The notes under the pieces were generated by a model. That model worked only from the letters and a program-made list of their open reading frames with translations, was not told the DNA's origin and searched no databases. From Mobula birostris (Eukaryota): a DNA stretch of 64,000 bases. Numbering within the stretch: the first letter of the stretch is position 1; each line of letters opens with the position of its first letter. Of the stretch, positions 61,494-64,000 are shown piece by piece. Made by a program: the position numbers and the translations under genes. The stretch is taken from positions 87,067,921-87,131,920 of the forward strand of contig NC_092383.1 in NCBI RefSeq assembly GCF_030028105.1. The letters are read 5' to 3'.

Positions 61494-61571
61494 ATTTTAT
61501 CTGATGACGATTCTTCCCTTTTAGCACTTGTTGTAGTTTCTTTCACGGTATTTTCACAAAATGGATTGGTC
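61494..61571 (-). pseudogene. Gene 3 stalk exon, homolog of 28022-28085, with an apparent 1-nt deletion
   Basis: Acceptor ttttcttttaacag|, donor AAAT|GTAAAG. The frame encoding FCENTVKETTTSAKREESSSDK is 1 nt out of register with a phase-1 entry (13 vs 14 nt before TGT). Flanking intron 61330-61810 matches 27870-28180. Confidence 0.7.
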
Positions 61572-61809
61572 CTGTTAAAAGAAAATAAAACTCAATTTCA
61601 AACAAGAGAAAATCTGCAGATGCTGGAGATCCAAGCAACACACATAAAATGCACGAGGAAGTCTGCAGGCCAGGCAGCATCTATGGAAAAGAGTAAACAG
61701 TCGACGTATTGGTCCAAAACCCTTCATCAGGACTGTTAAAATCCAATTTCATCTGCTTTGTAACTGCCAGAACAAGAGATCACAATTGTTGGACCAATAT
61801 TTACTTGAT

Positions 61810-62160
61810 CATGCTATGCAGAAGGTTTGAATTTAATAACTCATCTCCTTCTACTGTAGGCCACAAACTTATCAATCACCCCTGATTAGTTATTAACTTC
61901 AAATTTTTGCGTAATCACTCAGAGAGTTGAACTGCATGTGCATGTAATGAGAGCTGTATAACTCATCTCCTTCTACCTTACACTACGAACTTATCAATCA
62001 CCCCTGCTGTGGACACTTTCTGGAGGTCCAAGATCCGTATGCTCCACGACCGCTGGACTAAGTGTGTAAATGTAGGAGGGGACTATGTTGAAAAATAATG
62101 TGCTAGGTTTTTGTAAAATTGACTCCTTCTACCTTAGGCCACAAGCTTATCAATCCCTTA
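61810..62160 (+). mobile_element. Mariner-derived non-autonomous element
   Basis: C-terminal RMLHDRWTKCVNVGGDYVEK*; three copies of a ccttctac...cttatcaatcacccc subterminal block. Confidence 0.6.
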
Positions 62161-62610
62161 TTCACACTCTTTGTCTCTTGTCAGTCAGACAATCTTCTAT
62201 CCCTCCCAGAATCTTTCCAGTAATAATGTGGCTTCTTAACTCATTTCACAGCCTCGTGTGTGGCACCTTGTTAAATCCCTTCTAAAAATCCTAGTAAGCA
62301 ACATGTACTGACTCTCCTTTGTCTATCCCATCTGATATTTCCTCAAAATTTTCTAACAGATTTACTAGGTAAGATTTTCCCAACTGGAAACCATATTTTA
62401 TCATGCACCTCCATGCACCCCAAAACCTCATCCTTTATAATAGACTCCAACATCTTCCCAACCACTGAAGTCAGGCTAACTGGTCCATAATCCCCCTTCA
62501 CTTACCTACCTCTTCTTAAAGAGTGGAGTGACATTACCAATTGTTCAGTCCTACAAAACCGTTCCAGAATCTAGTTATTCTTGAAAAATCACTACTGAAA
62601 AATCACTACT

Positions 62611-64000
62611 GAGGACTTCCGGGTCATCAAGGGAATGGCGGCGTAAGGAAAAGTTCTCTCGACAAAAAAGAAGGTAAACTGCCCCAAAATCGAATTTAGA
62701 CAAATACTTAATATTGCATAACTATATTAATAAAAGGGGCAAGGATGATGTCTAAGAACAAGATTAAAAAGTCCGCTCCGAAGGCTGATAAACACAAAGA
62801 GACGCAGCAAGGCGACGGGCCTAGCTCCCCCATGACAAGCCAGGACGGAGATAATGAGGGGGAAATAGGTGACTCTGTCTTTGATTCTCAGAGAGATTCG
62901 CGAGTTCTGACAAGATAACAGCAAACAGCTGGAAGATATTAAAGGAGAAATAGTAAAAACTAATTCGAGGATAGATGAAGCCGAAGCGAGGATTGTTGGA
63001 ATTGAAGAGAAGCTACAAAACGCCGAGGAAGTGATAGCAGAAATGCTAAAGCTACAAGAGCAGCTCCAGTGGAAGCTAATAGACCAAGAAGGGAAAGTGT
63101 GAGGATCTACGGGGTTCCCGAAGGAACCGAAGGTAAACCTGGGTTGATGATTCCCTTCATGGAGGAGCTGCTTAGAGAGAACCTTGATATACCGGACGCA
63201 AGAGACCTACAGATAGAAAGGGCTCACCGCGCATTGGCACCACAGCCTCCGGCAGGCACCCAGCCCAGATCAATTCTGGTCAGATTTCTCAGTTACAGAA
63301 CGAAGGAAGAGGTGCTTAAACGGGCATTGCAAAAGAAAGGTTTCATGTGGAACAACTGTAAAATCAGCTTAGACCACAATTACGCACCGGGGATCCTTGC
63401 CAGACGAAAGGAATATGCGGAAACAGGGAGAGTCCTGAAGGAAAACATCAGATTTCAGACCCTGTATCCAGCTCGGCTGAGAGTCTTTTACGACGAAGGG
63501 ACAAAAACTTACGCTACGGTGGAGGAGGCAACGTTGGACCTGGCGGACCGGGGACTACCTATTAAAGTTATCACCCAACCGGAGTCGCTACTGGAGAGGA
63601 TTCGGCGGAAGTCGTGGCAGGCAGTGCGGCGAGGACGCTCCACAAGAACCAAAGTGTCAAACTACAAGGAAAAGCTGCAAATATTCAGACGCGAATATAC
63701 AGAGAATACAGATTAATTAAGAGAAATGACTGAAAAGAGTAAATCGGACTTAAAGGTAAAATGAAAACTGGTAACTGAAAATAAACTAAACGGAATAACT
63801 TGAATGATAGCAATATGGTCGAGACATAAATAGGAGAAAATTCTCTATGATTATTCAAACTGCTGAGGGCCCTCTAACACAGGGTGAAGATAGAGGTTAT
63901 CCCTCTGAACTGAGGCAGGTCGGTGCTCAGGCCTCACTGTGGGAAGTCGGGAAAAATTTTCAAATGTTATACGTTCAAAAATGTCTAGGGTGTGGTTATA
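62611..64000 (+). mobile_element. L1-clade LINE 5' end with frameshifted ORF1 (about 62745-63716), running off the window
   Basis: RRESVRIYGVPEG, IERAHR, PRSILVRF and FQTLYPARLRV (L1 ORF1 RRM/CTD); GC-rich 5' end ggacttccgg. Confidence 0.88.

Noticed and set aside
1-64000. CRISPR arrays, rRNA or prokaryotic systems
   Set aside because: None seen; the window is spliced, repeat-rich vertebrate DNA.

Overview
Vertebrate genomic DNA, very probably from a cartilaginous fish (ray/skate-like; inferred from the repeat complement of CR1, Rex1, HE1-like SINEs and Penelope-type repeats, and from the receptor type). Most of the window is transposon debris. Embedded in it is a cluster of Ig-superfamily immune receptors with a CD300/pIgR-like V domain plus an FcR-like C2 domain, resembling the skate MDIR-type receptors as I recall them. 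I assembled by hand one complete 7-exon inhibitory-type gene on the minus strand (38479->22220; 1131 nt, 376 aa): leader, V, C2, Cys/Thr stalk, neutral TM, and a tail with ITIM + YxNM + ITSM. Also present are (i) the 3' end of an inverted paralog on the plus strand (1542-4339); (ii) the 3' half of a putative activating-type paralog on the minus strand (stalk 61.5 kb, Arg-containing TM 58.7 kb, YTNL tail 52.6 kb) whose stalk exon is 1 nt short; (iii) an orphan duplicated promoter and leader whose V exon is deleted; and (iv) two copies of a candidate secretory Cys-x-Cys tail exon. Together these suggest a paired activating/inhibitory/soluble receptor locus under birth-and-death evolution. Other notable elements are a minimal hammerhead ribozyme motif in a Penelope-type hairpin and a near-perfect 189-bp inverted repeat. 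All exon models are manual, from splice consensus, phase and paralog conservation; none is transcript-verified. Identity values are by-eye estimates.
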